Assembly (NCBI GenBank): GCA_004431415.1 | Contig: QPMI01000162.1 | Location: 1-64,000 of the forward strand | DNA length: 64,000 nt | Direction of reading: 5' to 3' | Source: Cyanophora paradoxa CCMP329 | Lineage: Eukaryota > Plantae > Glaucophyta | In this document: positions 9,969-21,959 of the stretch, one piece after another | Layout of the letters: the number at the start of each line of letters is the position of its first letter | Numbering within the stretch: the first letter of the stretch is position 1 | Program-made: the position numbers and the translations under genes | The notes under the pieces: model-generated | Databases searched by the model: none | What the model was told of the DNA's origin: nothing | What the model saw: only the letters and a program-made list of their open reading frames with translations

Positions 9969-12900
9969 TCAGGTACGCATCTTTGGCGGGCGACCGCGCC
10001 GCCGGGCAGGCTGGGCGCCGCGCCCAGCGCCGCCGCCGCGCGACGACGACGGAGACGAGGACGGTGTGGCAGGCGCCGGGAGGCCCAGCAGCCCCAGAAT
10101 GCGCTCGGGGCCGGTCCGGATCTCGACCGTGCCGTTCCGTCCCTCATACTCGACGGGATAAAGTGACGAAGGAAAGCTCCACTCGCGCGGTCCGCCCTCC
10201 TGGCTCGGCGCCCACGCGCCGCCGAAGCGCTTCAGCACCACGAAGCGCGACTCGTACTCGCCGCTCGGCAGGTCGATCGTCTGGACGAGGCGCGCGAACC
10301 ACACGCCGGGGAGCGGGCTCGCCGCGTGCGTCGCCAGCGCCGCCACCACCTGCCCCGCCGGGTACGGCGAGGCCGACCGCCAGTGCAGGTGGTAGAGGGG
10401 CGGCGCGGGGCCGGCGGCGGCGACGCCGACGGGGATGGGCTCCTGGGAGGCGGCGCCTCCGCGCCCGCGCGCGCGGCCGAGGCCGCGCCGGCCGCGCCCG
10501 CCGCGGAGGAGGCCGCGGAGCAGTAGTGCTCGTGGGCCCGCGCCCCGGCCGAGGTCTTAAACTCCTTGCGGTGCGTCAGGGCGGCGGCGCGCGGGGGCGG
10601 CGCGGGGCGGGGCGGGGCGGGCGGCTCACCCGATCGCAGGGCGCGCAGTACCTCTGCTCGGCGATGGCGAGCTCGCGCTCGAGGGTGTAGTCGGCGTCCC
10701 AGGCGCGCGGCCTCTCCGCCCCGTCCGCCGCCGCTTGGCCTCTTCGCTCCCGTTCGACGTGCCGCTCCCGCCCTCGCCGTCGTCCTCCGAGTACGAGCTG
10801 GAGCTCTCCGCGCCGCGCCCCGCGCGGGGACGCGCCGGGGCGGACGGCGGCGCGGGCAACGGCGCCGGCTCGTCGTCGGCGTCCTCCTCGGAGTCCCCGC
10901 CGTCGTCCCGCTCCGCCTCGGTCCCGCCGCCCGAGCTCCCGCCCGCCGCCGAGGGCGCGGGGATCCGGATGGCGGCGGCGGCGGCGGCGGCAGCGCCGGT
11001 GCCGGCGGGAGTTCGAGGCGGGGCGGCGACTCGGCGGAGGCGGCGCTCTCGCGGGCCCGGAGCCGCGCCTCGTCGTGCTTGACGGCGAGCTCCTCGAGGT
11101 ACGCCACCGCCGCCGCCGCCGTGCGCGCCCGCGCCGAGTAGTCGTAATTTTGCGTCGCCGTCAGCACCGAGTGGCCCAGGAGCTTGGCTGCGGGCGCGCG
11201 GGCGGGTGAGAGAGGCGGGGGGGGGGGGGGGGCGGGGGCGCTTCGGCGTACCCGTCCCGTCGACGACGGCGGCCGCGGTGTCGCCGGAGATGCGGTTCGC
11301 CGCGGCCTCGTCGCGCACGTGCGTCGTGATGATGGCCCGCATCGCCTGCGCCGTCACCGGTACCCCCGTCCACTTTTCCGTCACGCGCTTGACAAAGACG
11401 CTCCAGGCCGAGTCGGAGAGGGGCGCTCCCGAGGCGCTCGTGAAGAGCCAGCCCTCGTCCGCGCCCCCCGGCAGCGGCGGGAGGAGGAGGCGCCGGTACC
11501 GCTCGACGTACGAGGTGAGCGGCCGCTGCACAAACTCCGGGATCGGGTAGCTGATCGCCCCCGCAGTTTTCGCGGTCTTCGACGAGAGGACGGCCTCGCC
11601 CTGCCCCGCGTCCGCCCGCATCTGGGTGAGCGTGATTGTCCACGCGCCGCCGTCCCGCCGCAGCGTGTGGCCGATCCTGCGGGGGGCGCAGAGGGGCGGG
11701 ACGGGGCCCTCGCTCGGCGCGGGGCGACGGCGCGGCGCGGGGGGTACGGCACCTGAGGCGGCGGACGATGCCGACGCGCGAGGGCGTGGAGACGAGGAGG
11801 GAGAGGAGGACGCCCTCGCGGAGGGCGAGCGCCCTCTCGTACTCGAGCGGCGCCCGCTCCGCCGCCTCCAGCGCGTCCAGCCGCGCCGAGAGGAGCGCCT
11901 CGAACGGCACCCAGTTCGGTCCGCGCTGACGCCATTTCACGCCTTCGCGCTTCTCCTTTCTCAGCTGCGCGATCAGGTTCCGCAGCGGGCGCCCGTGGGG
12001 GCCCTCGGAGCCGGCGGCGGCGCCGGCCGTCCGCGCGTGGACAAAGGAGTGGGCCTGGAGGGCCGCCTGCGTGTACCCCGCCAAGGTGCCCGCCCGGACC
12101 CTGCGCTCGTCGCGGAGAAACGCGAGGAACCGCATCCACAGGTCGATAAAGTCGACGCGGGCGCCGGAGAAGAGGTCGAGCGTGAGAGCGCCGTCGATCT
12201 TCTCGCGGAGGGCGCAGTACCCCAGGAACCGGAGGAGCGTCGTCCGCTCGTTCGCCAGCGTCGTGGAGCGCTCGACGGCGGCGCCGGGGCGGTCGGGGTT
12301 GAGGAGGCGGGTGCGAAACTCTTCGTACGCGGCGAGCTGCGCCTTGAGCTCGCGCGACTGATCCTCCTCGCGCAGGCCGTACGGGGCGCCCCGCTCTGCC
12401 GGCTCGTCGCCCGCGGGGCCTTCGTCCTCCTCCTCGCCGTGCTCGTCGGCCGGGGGTACGGGCGGCGGGGGCGGCGAGGCCCCCGCCTCGGCGGACCCCT
12501 CGGGATCGGCGCCGCCCGAGTCCGACTCGGACTCGTCCGGCTCGGCGGGGGCGGGCGCCGGCGGGGCGCGGGCGCGCTTGGGGGGTACAGGGTCCCCGGC
12601 GGCGCCGAGCACCACGCGCTCGGGGTCCACGAGGGCGTCCACGTCAAAGAGCGTCGCCCCGCCGTGGTCCATGCTCTCCAGCATCCGCCGGTACGCCAGC
12701 CGCTTCTCGGCGATGAATTTCCCGTTGTCCTTTGCGATCTGATCCGCCATAGGGCCCCCGGGGCGGAAGAAGTGGATGGAGCCCTGCTCGAGCTCGTCCG
12801 ACCACGGAAAGCCCGTCGTCGCCTCGACGATCCCCACGTCCGCGATCCAGAGGACCCCTGCGCGGTGCGCGCGGCATGAGTTTGATCCCGTTACCCCCGC

Positions 12901-14376
12901 GGAATCGAACCGGGCCCCGCACAGATGCCGCACTGGAACCCGTCCCCCTGGAGGCGCCCACCGGCCGTCTCCTCGCGGTACGCGTGCGCGGGAAAGGCCG
13001 CCTGGGCGGCGTAGAGCAACCTGGCGTCGCAGGGCGCGCCGAGGCTGTCCCAGTACCGCGTCGTCCTGCGGGGGCGGCGCGATCGCGAGTGGCGCAGAGG
13101 ACGCGGGCTCGGGCGCGGGGGCGCGGGGCGCGGCGCCGTCGGACCTCGCGGCGCCGGAGAGCACGAGCAGCGTCCAGTGCCCGCCGCTGTTCCACGTCCG
13201 CTCCGCCCCGCGCCGCGCGATCGACGTCGAGACCGGGCAGAAGAGGGTACCCCCCCGCGCCACGAACCCCAGGGCCTTGCGCTGACGCCGCTCCTCGCCC
13301 GCCGCAGCGTAGCGCCGAAGGAGGCTCGTCAGAATCTCCACCGGCATGGGGTACAGGGCCCGCACGCGCGCGTTCTTGGCGCGGTGGAGCAAGAGGCTCA
13401 TCACGTTGGCGACGTGCGTGTCGGCGAGCCACTCGCGCGCGCCAAAGATACCGACCCTGGGTCCCGCAGGCGCCGGCGCGGGGGCCGCGGCGGCGACGGT
13501 GGCGGGGTCGGCGCCCTCTAGCACGAGCCGCTGGCGGCGAAAGTCGAGGTGGAGGTTCGGATCCCGGCCGGGGAGATCCTTCAGGAGGCTTTCGACGGCG
13601 ACGGCGCTGAGGAACGCCCAGCGGCGCGCCGAGCTCCGCGTTCGCTCCCCGTCGACCTCGGCGCCGATGCCGGCGTAGTAGGTGAGCGTCCTCGTGAGCA
13701 TGCCGAAGCGCTCGCGCCCGACGCTGAGCGTCGTAACGTTCCAGCGGTGCGGGCCGCCCGACGCGAGTTCCGGGAGGCGGCGCTCGATCTCCCGGCGGAG
13801 CGAGTTCGTGGCGCGCGAGGAGCCGTAGAGGAGCTCGGAGAGCGACGCCATGGGGACCCAGAGCTTCAGGTCCGGAGCCTCGATCCGGGTCGCCGGCAGG
13901 GCGTAGAGCCGCTCGCCGCCGACGCGCACGACGTACAGGTCGTAGCGGGAGAGGGCGCACAGGCGGCGGCGCTCGTTGGCGGCATAGAACGCGGTGGCAG
14001 CGGCGCGCTTCCGGGCCTCGTCGCTGTCCCGCCACGCCTGGTCGACGACCTCGAGCACGTACCTCATCGACAAGAGGCGCGGCGGGTCCTCGGGCGTGTA
14101 CTCGCCGCGCCGGACGGCCCCGAGGGTCTCCAGGAGGAGGATCGCGTGCTCGCTCGGCACGGGCCGCGCTGGGACGCCATAGCGCGCGGTGAGCACGTCC
14201 TGCACCTCGTCCTCGCCCTCGCCCTCGGCCAACGGCGGCTCGCCCAGGACGCGCGCGAGCTCGGCAGAGCAGACGGAGGGCCCGGCGTCGGACTTTAGCA
14301 CCACGAGCTGCGTCCGCCCCCACGGCCCGTCGAACTCGATCAGCTCGTACGCGTCGTGGACCGTCTGGAAGTACAT
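9969..14376 (-). CDS. Multidomain protein: possible Bro-N-like pair, Ulp1/C48-like cysteine protease, tyrosine recombinase, C2HC zinc finger, AT-hook (spliced)
   Basis: Introns 13066-13144, 12858-12922, 11677-11752 and 11188-11251 give a continuous frame. Protease motifs: EWLADTHV, GGHWTLLVL, RYWDSLG, QGDGFQCGIW. YR motifs: TPSRVGIVRRLR, SKTAKTAG, WLF, TAQAMRAI, AKLLGHSVLTATQNYD. The 3' part (CAPCDREFKTSAGARAHEHYC, RRRGRPPK) needs another intron and apparent frameshifts. Confidence 0.88.
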
Positions 14377-14609
14377 GGTCGCCGGCCGGGCCGTGCGGGC
14401 GGGCGACCCGGAGTGGGAGGGGCGAGGTGTTGGGATTCGACGTGCGGGGTGGGATCTATTTATGGGTTACCTCGCACCTTTAATCCTCGCGCTCGCGTCG
14501 CCGATGTTATCTTTAGTCCCTGCGCACAGGCCGCGCGCGGGCGGAAGGCCGACGGGAGCGGACGAGGCCGAATCGTATCCCCACGAGCCGAGGCCGCCAT
14601 CCCGCGACG

Positions 14610-14830
14610 TTGATCACGTACGCCCGCCCGGCTTCGTCCCCACCTACACCTTACCCCTCTGAAATTCGGCCAGGTTTGCCACCTAGGGGCGCCCGCCCTC
14701 GTCGCCCGCCTGCGTCGCGGCGGCGGCCGCCGCGCCCCGCCCCGCATTGACCACGTACGCCGGCCCGGCTTCGTCACCCCCACCCCCACCCCCGCCTTTG
14801 CTAATATTCGGCCAGGTCTTCCACCAAGGC
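14610..14830. repeat. Two ~80-bp direct repeats (period ~137) in the divergent intergenic region between the YR and Skp1-like genes
   Basis: TTGA(T/C)CACGTACGCC.GCCCGGCTTCGTC...ATTCGGCCAGGT occurs at ~14610 and ~14747. Confidence 0.7.
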
Positions 14831-15068
14831 GCTCGGCAACGCGCGGCGTCGGCGACTCATCACCGCCGCCCGCGGCGATGAGATCGGTGCGCCCCCGCCG
14901 GCTCGGGCTTCGGGGACGGCGCCGGGCGCCCTGCGACGCCGCGAGGCTCAGATCCGAACGCGGCGGCGCGGGAGGCGGAGGGCCGTCTGGAGCGGACGTG
15001 GCCGAACTCTCCCCAGAAATGCCTCCGATCTCGCTCCTCCTCGAGCTCGTCTTCGTCGGATGACAGCT

Positions 15069-15508
15069 ATGACACCGATGATCCTTCTCTGCTCCGACGG
15101 CGTCCATATCCCGTGCCCCGCGGCGCTCGCCGCCGACGCCCGCATCCTCTCCCTCGCCTCGAGCTGCTCCGACGCCGACGTGGCCCCGTCCCGCTCCCCT
15201 TCCGCTCCTCGCTCGTGTCGGCGGCCGGCGTCGCCCTCTCGCACCCCTCGCCCGCGGCGGCCGCCCTCGCCCCCGGGGCCTACCCCGACCCGCGGGCCGC
15301 CGCCTCGGCTCTCGTCTTCCTCGCCGAGCTCGCGATCCTCGCCGATTACCTCGACGCCCGGCGGCTCGAGCTGGCGTGCGCGGCGCTCGCCAGCAGCGCG
15401 TCCGAGCTCGCCATCAAGTCCGCCTGGGCCAAGGCGAGCGTCCGTCCGCCCCCGCCCCGCGGAAGCGCCCCTTTCAGGCTATCGGATCTTCTTAGGGACG
15501 TGTATTGA
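15069..15508 (+). CDS. Skp1/BTB(POZ)-like small protein with a frameshift near 15185
   Basis: N-terminal MILLCSDGVHIPC, VPLPFRS, and C-terminal LAELAILADYLDARRLELAC resemble the Skp1 motifs IxLxSSDG, IPLP and LFELILAANYLDI. Confidence 0.65.
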
Positions 15509-16429
15509 ACGGCCTCTCCGAGTACTGCGTGCACCGGCGTCTGCGGGGCCAGGGGTACAGATTTTGGGGACCCTTGGACCCCTCTCCGGGGACCTAGGGT
15601 TCGTTTTGAAACGAGGTCCGGGATCCGCACTAGCAATTTATTCGCGCTCTCCGGGCCCTCCCGAGCCCCTGCGACGCGTTTGTGCGGGGCCGACTTTTTG
15701 TTTAACGGGGTATTCGACGGTCCCTCAATCTGTATTGGATAATTTCGTGCTCCACTAATTATCAGCGTCCAGTGTTTTCCTATTACACGGTAGTGATGGC
15801 CCACTGATGGGCCAGTGATCATGATGGCCCAGTGATGGGCCACTGATGGTTCCACTGATTGGGTGATGATAGCTATAGATTTCCGGATCAGTCGATTTTC
15901 CGAGGAATTTCAAACTTCGAGGATTCTTATATATATGCCTATACTGGCCCTATAGTTGCCAACTTGCCATCTAGATTCAGAGTGATTCTAGAATCTAGAG
16001 CTGCGACGGCATAGGAGCTTTACTACTACGGAGCTTTGCATCTCGCACGCGTGTCGCGCGGGCTGTCCGCGGCCGACGGACCGGCGACGGATCAAGCCCC
16101 GGACTCCCGGCTCAAGTCCGACGGCCGCTGATCATGAGTGCGCGGGGGTCAGGGCCGGTCAGCCCGGTCAGGTCGCAAAATTGAAGTTTCTGCGGTGCCA
16201 GGCTGCCAGCTGCGCAGGCCTAGGCCGCCGCGGCTGGGTTATTGCAAGGGGGGAAAAGAAGACCGAAGGTCTTCCCCCCCTTGCTTCCCGTTCCCTCGCT
16301 TCAGCCAAAAGTTTTCTATGAGGCCGTTTTCGAGGGCCAGCTTGCAACGAAATTGTCGGTTATTCGCGATCCGATTGGCTCGGTGAACCGGTCAGCTCTC
16401 GACTTTCGAGCGTCGAATCGGAGGGGAAA

Positions 16430-16491
16430 AAGTGGTTTTCGAGGGGAAAACTAACTTCTCAAGTGGTTTTCGAGGGGAAAACTAACTTCTC
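16430..16491. repeat. 31-bp perfect tandem duplication
   Basis: AAGTGGTTTTCGAGGGGAAAACTAACTTCTC occurs twice. Confidence 0.85.
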
Positions 16492-17245
16492 TCTAACTCC
16501 GGTCTTCGAATTCCTTGCGCCGTTCTGCATGGAACCAGTTCTCCCTAGCTCTCTCCTCTACATTTCGGCTTCCTCGCAGTGCGTCGCGTACGCCTTGCTC
16601 TTCGTTGCGCGGTTCTGCATGGAACCACTTCTCTCTACGTACCTGTCAACGTCTCCTCTAGATTAGCTTGCAACGAAAAATGCGCCCCTGCCTAGCTGGG
16701 CCGCTGATCGTAGCCGAGGACAGGCCTTCGAGACCGTGCTCTTTCGCTGCGCTCGGGACGCCGCCGAATTCGAGCCTATATTGCAGAACCGCGTGCGGAG
16801 CTGCCCGCAGCCGAGCACGCCGGACGGGCCTGGCGCTCTTGTTGCGTTTGGCACCTGGCAAGCAGACCAGTTCGCGCGCTGCGCACGGCGCGCCGGTCGA
16901 CGCCGCTTGCAATTGTCTGCTCATTCAGGTTGAGGCTGCTGTCAGCGTCGGCGCTCCGACGTTAACGTTCGGCGTCCCGCGTTGCCGGGACGCCGAACGT
17001 TGCAACCTGCCGCGCGCGCTGGGCCGGGGTCGATCTACATCTGCCCCGTGCATGTTCGTGCCACTACTACTCTTTCATTAGATCCAGATTCCCCCCTTGC
17101 ACCCCCGGCGCGCCAAAACGCGGCCGGGCCACTAGTATATCGATCTACCGTGTAACACTTAATTAATGCGCCGGTAATTAATGCGTTTTTGGACCCGGAC
17201 CCCCAGTTTGGATAATAATGCGGTCCCGAATTAATGCGTTTTATA

Positions 17246-20200
17246 TTTGTTTTTGGTGAATTACCGGCCACAGTCTCTAGACACCAGCACTGCGGGGGCT
17301 GCCCAGGGGGCATAGAGACAAAATAGCAAAATAACTAAGACAAGAGCACGAAGAAAGATAAGACAAAGAGCCAAAATCGACAATAAAAAAGGAAAGACAC
17401 AGAGCTCGAGACAGATCGATTGCGAGAAGAGACGATAAATCGAGCAGATCTAGGGACAGAGGATAACTGACACGAAGAAGAGCCAGAGCTAGAGGATAAC
17501 TGACACGAAGAAGAGCCAGAGCTAGAGATACCATCAATATCAGAAGGAATTACATCACTAAGAAGCGGGGACAAAATTGAGAAAGATAAATAACAGGAAG
17601 AAGACAAGTAAGAGGAACAACAAGACGACATGGAGGCGGAGGCGAAGCAGGACGATGCGAAAGGGCAGAGCTACGGCACGAGGTCGAGGAGGACACAGGA
17701 GGCGGAGCAGGCGGATCAAGAGCAGGCAAAAGAACAGTCAAAGGAATCACTAAAGCCGGCCGGGGTCGAGGCGGGCAATCGAACTGCAAACGACGGCGAA
17801 CAACAGGTCGAGCACGAGGACTATAGCTAGTATTGAAACTAACTCTAGCATCAACACTACGATCAGAATCCGAACCAGACCGAACTAAACTAGAAGACGA
17901 AGAAGTACGCCGGCGCCGGCGGGATACGATCGCGACCAGCGAAGCAGAAGACAAGGACAAAGGCGGTAGTCCGGTATCAAGAACAAAGGCCGGAGGGTCC
18001 GGCCCGGCAAACCGCCGGGGGAAGTAGAAGGAGCCGCAGGCTCGGCAAGCCGGCGACGGGTACGACCACGAGTCCGGAAGGAGATCGGGGAAGCCGGTCC
18101 CGGAGCTGAGGGCCCAGGAGCAGAGCCAGGAGAAGGTAAGCCCGGCGAGAAATCTGACCCGGAGCCGGAACCCAGCGAACGACGACGACGAAGAGGCCCC
18201 GAGGAGCCACGACGGGGGAGCTACCGAGCAAAGTACTGACAGCCGGCGCCGAACACGGCGGCGGAGGTACCCCGCAGACAGTGGCAGGCGGAGAGTCCAG
18301 GGTCGATCGAGAGATCCGCCGACGGGAATGCGGCGGGGGCCGACGAGACGGAAGAGGCGAGGAGGGGCCGAGGAAGGGTCGGAGGCAGGGGAAGGGCCAC
18401 GAGCAGGTGACGGGGATCGCTGCCGGCGCCGAAGAGAGGGCAGCAAAGCAGGAGAAAGGTCGGGTGGCGCCGGAGCAGATGACACGGAGGTCATGGCCAT
18501 GGGCGGTGCAGAGAGAGACGAGCTCGAGGGCGCAAGGGCCCGACGAGGGCGCCGGCGGCGAATCTCACGAGCGCCAGGAAGCGGGATAGGACCCGCAGAT
18601 GGGACCCGAGGCGCCGAAGGGGGAGCAGGGAGCCGGAATGACGGGGAGATCGAAAAGAGGACAGTCTCGCCAACACTCGGAAGCGGGGCAGAGGCCGAGG
18701 ACCCGGAGCTCGAGGGGGGGAGGGAGGGCGGAGGAGGAGAGAGGAGGCGGCTATTCGAAGGGTATGGAGAATCGAGAGCGGAGGCGAGGGAGGCCGAAGT
18801 GATGGCGAGCTCTGGAGGCGAGGGGGCCTGCAAGCGGATCCGGGAAAGTGGATGCAGACGCAAAGAGACCGGGGACGTAGAGGCGGGAGGGGCATGCAAA
18901 AAGATAGTGCCGCCCAGCGTCACAGTTGCAGAAGCGGGGCAAGAAGGATGGGCTGAAGAGGGGGCTGAACCAGGAGGACGTCAGAAAGAGGGCCTCGCAG
19001 GGGCGGAAGTGGAGGAGCAAGGGGAAGAGGTAAGAAGGGGTATGGAGCTGCAAGATGACCAGGGACCTGCCGGGAACAGGCAAGTGAAGAGGCCCGTGAC
19101 AGCAAGTTGTAAGGAGGGAGGAGGCAGAGGCGGGGCCAGAGGGCCAAGGAGCACAGGGATCGGGACCGCAGGGAATGGGGGAAAGGAGCGTCGAGAGGGG
19201 CAGCGAGAGCAGGAATAGGAATGGGCCCAAGGGTCACTACAGGGGCCAGAGCAGGAGGGGACGGCGCAGGAGGCGGGCGACCACCAGGGATCCCCAACGG
19301 GACATTCCCACGAACGGCAAACTCCGCAGGATTCCGGAGGACAGAATCGATGTCACGCGAAGAGACGAGGTTGTCAGCACCGCCCGAAGAAGGAGCGCCG
19401 GACGAGTCAGAATCAGAGCTTGAACTAGAACGATGAGAACCGGTACCAGACTCTGAATCATGTGCGTCATCATCCGAGGCAGCCTGATCATCAGCGTCAG
19501 CAGCAGCCAAGCGAGCGCGCCGCTCCTCCAACAAGGCCGAAGCCTGCGAAAGGGTGAACTCGAGGTACGACATATTTCTGTCCCAGGCGGCAACAAGCGC
19601 GGCGCGGTTGTAAGAAGGCGCATCAATGTCAGCCTCCTCAAGATCGCACCGAGCGCGAGCAACCTGTTGGATGGAAAATACGCCAGCAAGGATCGCTCCA
19701 AGTGAGCGAAGGCAGAAGGCGGGGTTAACTTTACTGCGCAAAATGGGCCCAGATAAATCCGGAACCGAGAGGATGTGGAAGAGAGAGAGCTCAGGCACTG
19801 CGACCTCTTCACGCTCATCCGGTGGAAGAGTAGAAGCCCAGAAATTCAGGCGCTCACGAATGAAATCCCAGAACGAACGAGAAAGCGGGCACTCAGAGAA
19901 AACGTGCGCGTGAGAGCGAGCAGATCCGTCATTACAAACCCGACAGAAACGACGGCGGGGCGACTGTTGCTCGCCCAAACGATACAATTTGAAATGCAAA
20001 CGGTAAAGAGCATCGATCCAAAGCATCGGGAAACACTGAAGGACGACAAGATTAGGAAGACGGGACGGAGACAAGGCGCCGGGAAACCCCCACTTAGCAT
20101 CGGGCATCTGAGCGTGGCTAGACACATCGCGAAGCCGCTGGACCTCAAGGCAGTAGAAGCGACGAACAGAGGAGAGGCGGAGAGGGAGCATACGAGCGAA

Positions 20201-21846
20201 AGTGAACGCAAGATTATCAAGAGAAAGAAAGGCCGAAGGGCCTGCGCCAAGAACAAAAAGGCCAGGCAGGGTCCCGCGACGAAGAGAGAGGAAGACAGCG
20301 CTGAAGCAAACATGCAGCGGGAGCAAACGGGACAGAATTGAATTGGAGCTCGAGGATAGGCCCACAGGGTGGGAAGCCGCAGGGCGGCAAGGAACGCGCG
20401 GTATGTAGTCCAGCACCCGTGGAATTATCTGGTTATCGCGAACAGGGAAGGCAACAAAAGTACCACTTGGGCCTCGAAGGAGAGCAAACGAGGCGTCCGG
20501 TCCGGACCACCAGAGATGCTGAGGCGGCGATGCAGGGGCCTCGAGAACCTGGCGCCAAGTAGCCGGGAGCGCAGAACACAGACTAGGGAAAAAGGAGTGG
20601 AGGGCGGAGGAGGCAGCTGCTGGAGCCCGGAACCCCGGGCAGCACAATCCCAGATATCGCAGACCCGCAGCAAGCCGGACCGTGCACAGCGACTCCAGTC
20701 GACCTCGTCGCCGGGAGTACTGAACAGAGGATTGAAGAAAAGAGGTTGGGATAACACTTCGGGAGAGTTACGAGGTTGACACACGCCCTGGCGCTGAGCC
20801 CACTCGGAGAGAGTCCGCTTCCAAATAGGAGGCAAGTCAAGTCTGTCAAGTGGGAGGCGGAGCGAGACAAGGGCGGGGCCATAGGAAAAAGGTGCCAGCT
20901 GAGCGTCCAGTTTGCTCAAGAGGTACTCCTTCCAAGGAGCTGAACAAGAGGGGTCAGCGAGCAAGGCCACCCACTTCATTTTCAGCGATAACGAAAAAGC
21001 TCGAATATCCGGGCAGTTGAGACCACCTTGACGCCACGGCAGAGGAGAAATATACTTCGAAAGCTGCCCGCTCACGCCAGCAAAAGCGCGAAGCTTCTCT
21101 TGCCATGTCGAATACTGAGCATCAGGGGGTCAAGCAAATATAGAGCATAATGTAGGGACCAATAAATACAGCCCAGGCAAGGAGAACGCCGGAACGCATC
21201 GGCATGCGATAAGTCTTCGCTTGCTGGACACGGATATCAAGAGCAGCGGTCTTTTTCCGCCAGAACCGAGACAGATCGGGCTCTAGTGGAAAGCCCAGGT
21301 ATTTTCGAATTTTTTCAGCGGGAGGGAGATCCGTCACCTGAAGACGCCGCCAGGGGCAGTCCTCGACGCTAGGCCAGGCATGTGCGGGGATATCGCGGAG
21401 TGGAAGAAGGCTAGATTTCTCGAGATTAATAAGAGCTCCAGAGAGCCGGCAGTATTTATCAAAGCACTCTTTCCAGAAAGGCAATTCGGTAAAAGACGAG
21501 ATTAAAGGAACCGTGTCGTCTGCAAACTGGAGCACCTTGCAAAGAGAGCTAGAGGACAAGCGGACACCTCGTATACGAGCATCAGCATTAATCAAAAGGG
21601 CTAAAAGGTGTGTGCACAAATTATATAGATAGGGCGAAAGGGGGCCACCCTGACGTACACCGCATCGAATGGGGAAAGGGGCGGAGGTCCAGCCGTTAAT
21701 GTGAACAGAACCCTGCAGATCAGAGTAGAGCAGGCGGACCCACTTGATAAATTGGGACCCGAAACCGAACTGTTCGAGCGACCAGAAAAGGAAGCTCCAG
21801 TTAACGCGGTCATAGGCTTTTGAAAAATCAAGAAATCCGAAGCACA
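17246..21846 (-). mobile_element. 5'-truncated L1/Tx1-like non-LTR retrotransposon
   Basis: 10-bp TSD GCGTTTTATA (17236-17245 and 21847-21856), an A-rich tail at the left end, RT and zinc-finger coding sequence, and a long 3' region shared with 48719-50055. Confidence 0.93.
18920..21845 (-). pseudogene. LINE ORF2 remnant (RT C-terminal half plus zf-RVT-like region), frameshifted near 21120 and 20645
   Basis: FLDFSKAYDRVNWSFL, GVRQGGPLSPYLY, LQFADDT, KYLGFP, LPWRQGGLNCPDI, CRVC...HVFSEC. Confidence 0.92.
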
Positions 21847-21959
21847 GCGTTTTATAACTTTTGGGCTTGTATGGGGGGGGGGGGTATTTTACTGGAAATT
21901 AGAAAATTAGGCCTTAGGCTGCGGGCGGGCCTGCAGTACAAGCTAGCGCTGCCACGTAA

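Larger units (their letters stand above)
300..15790. mobile_element. Putative large tyrosine-recombinase (YR) mobile element or endogenous virus-like island; boundaries approximate
   Basis: Cluster of a Ulp1-YR fusion gene, AAA+ ATPase, Skp1-like gene, orphan ORFs and oriented repeat arrays. It is bracketed by AT-richer segments and palindromic scramble tracts (85-300 and 15795-15860). No TIR, LTR or TSD was identified with confidence. Confidence 0.5.

Noticed and set aside
11161-14376. The 1071-aa ORF as the real protein
   Set aside because: It reads through introns and off-frame exons. The catalytic motifs appear only after splicing.
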